Assembly (NCBI RefSeq): GCF_964355755.1
Contig: NC_092674.1
Span: 13,578,001-13,642,000, forward strand
Length of the DNA: 64,000 nucleotides
Origin: Antedon mediterranea
Taxonomy: Eukaryota; Animalia; Echinodermata
Direction: 5' to 3'
Shown: positions 63,156 to 64,000 of the stretch, piece after piece
Numbering within the stretch: position 1 is the stretch's first letter
Layout of the letters: every line of letters starts with the position of its first letter
The notes under the pieces: generated by a model
The model's database searches: none
What the model was told of the DNA's origin: nothing
Seen by the model: only the letters and a program-made list of their open reading frames with translations
Position numbers and translations under genes: made by a program

Positions 63156-63352
63156 ACAAGGCCAACAGCCATAAGTCGCGTGCTCTCAGAAAAAAATGAA
63201 CTTTCAAAAAGTAATGTACTTTAAAACTTTTCTGTACATCAAAACAGTTCAAAAAGTACAGAAAAGCGATAAAACGCATAGTGATACCGGACCGACAGAC
63301 CGACAGAACGACCGACCGACATAGTGAACTATTGAGTCGCGTCCACGGGACT
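63156..63352 (+). mobile_element. Short DINE-1/HINE-like element (same termini, different core)
   Basis: aacaaggccaacagccataagtcgcgtg ... gagtcgcgtccacgggact; empty site ttaaaaaaaagttgttctat at about 13251. Confidence 0.75.
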
Positions 63353-63585
63353 AAAAAAAGTTGTTCTATAAGACAATACCAAAGTACGCATGTGGTGAGG
63401 TGGAACTAATTCGCCTTAAACATAATAGTTTTAAAATATCATAATTAAACTCAACTATTTAAATAGCTGATAATTAGATATGTGCGCGCGTGCAAATTAA
63501 CAATTTATTTACTAAAGCTAACAGTATATTTTTTGTATTCGAGAAACGTTGTTGTTGGGATCACACTATGTGGTTGGTGTAACTC

Positions 63586-64000
63586 AGGATCGGGCACAGG
63601 GGCTTCCCGGGCGCGATTTTTTTTTTCGTACATAAGTTGGGGACCCCTCATGAAACGTCACAAAATATACATGAATAATTCATCAGTTAAATTTGTTATT
63701 CCGTGTGCACCCAAGCGTATAGCAACAAGTGATTACACGCACAACTGCGATACGATTCTTTCTACAGTAGGCCTAGGATTCTAGGTCAATTCACGTGATT
63801 GCCTTCGCGCACTCTTCTTCACACACACACCACTATGCAAAATGTGTCGAGGCTAATCGACAGCTAGGCAAGACATTAAACTAAGTAGTAATTGGACATA
63901 GCCCAAAGAAAGCTTAGACCCACAAGAATAAAAAATGTGTATAATTTGTGTACTGTAATTTTTTAATTCTGCTATTTTATTATCAAACAATATGCATGTA
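63586..64000. mobile_element. Left end of a probable DNA transposon (CAGG start); internal piece also at 20070-20180
   Basis: Host paralog breaks at gtgtaact|caggatcggg; gcgatttttttttcgtacataagttgggg...gcacccaagcgtata shared with 20070-20180. Confidence 0.45.

Overview
AT-rich animal genomic DNA, probably a marine invertebrate deuterostome such as an echinoderm (inferred only from the repeat repertoire). The whole window lies inside one minus-strand gene built from tandemly duplicated intron-exon cassettes. Five 99-bp, phase 0-0 exons (60836-60934, 51933-52031, 29263-29361, 24084-24182, 8422-8520) each encode exactly one 33-aa ankyrin repeat. Their scaffold codons are nearly invariant, and amino-acid changes cluster at ankyrin binding-surface positions. 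One exon looks like a recombinant of its two neighbours. The introns are paralogous blocks packed with transposons: two Crack/CR1-type LINEs plus fragments, a Mag-like Gypsy and a Gmr1-like Gypsy fragment, an integrase-deleted BEL/Pao, a Ngaro/DIRS tyrosine-recombinase retroelement with nested insertions, a 5S-headed Deu-domain SINE, Helentron-type non-autonomous elements, a MITE, and a direct-repeat element carrying a tRNA-like gene. Comparing paralogous introns gives empty sites for most insertions and shows recurrent TA to TAGGCCTA footprints. All alignments were done by eye. The gene's start, end and other domains are outside the window.
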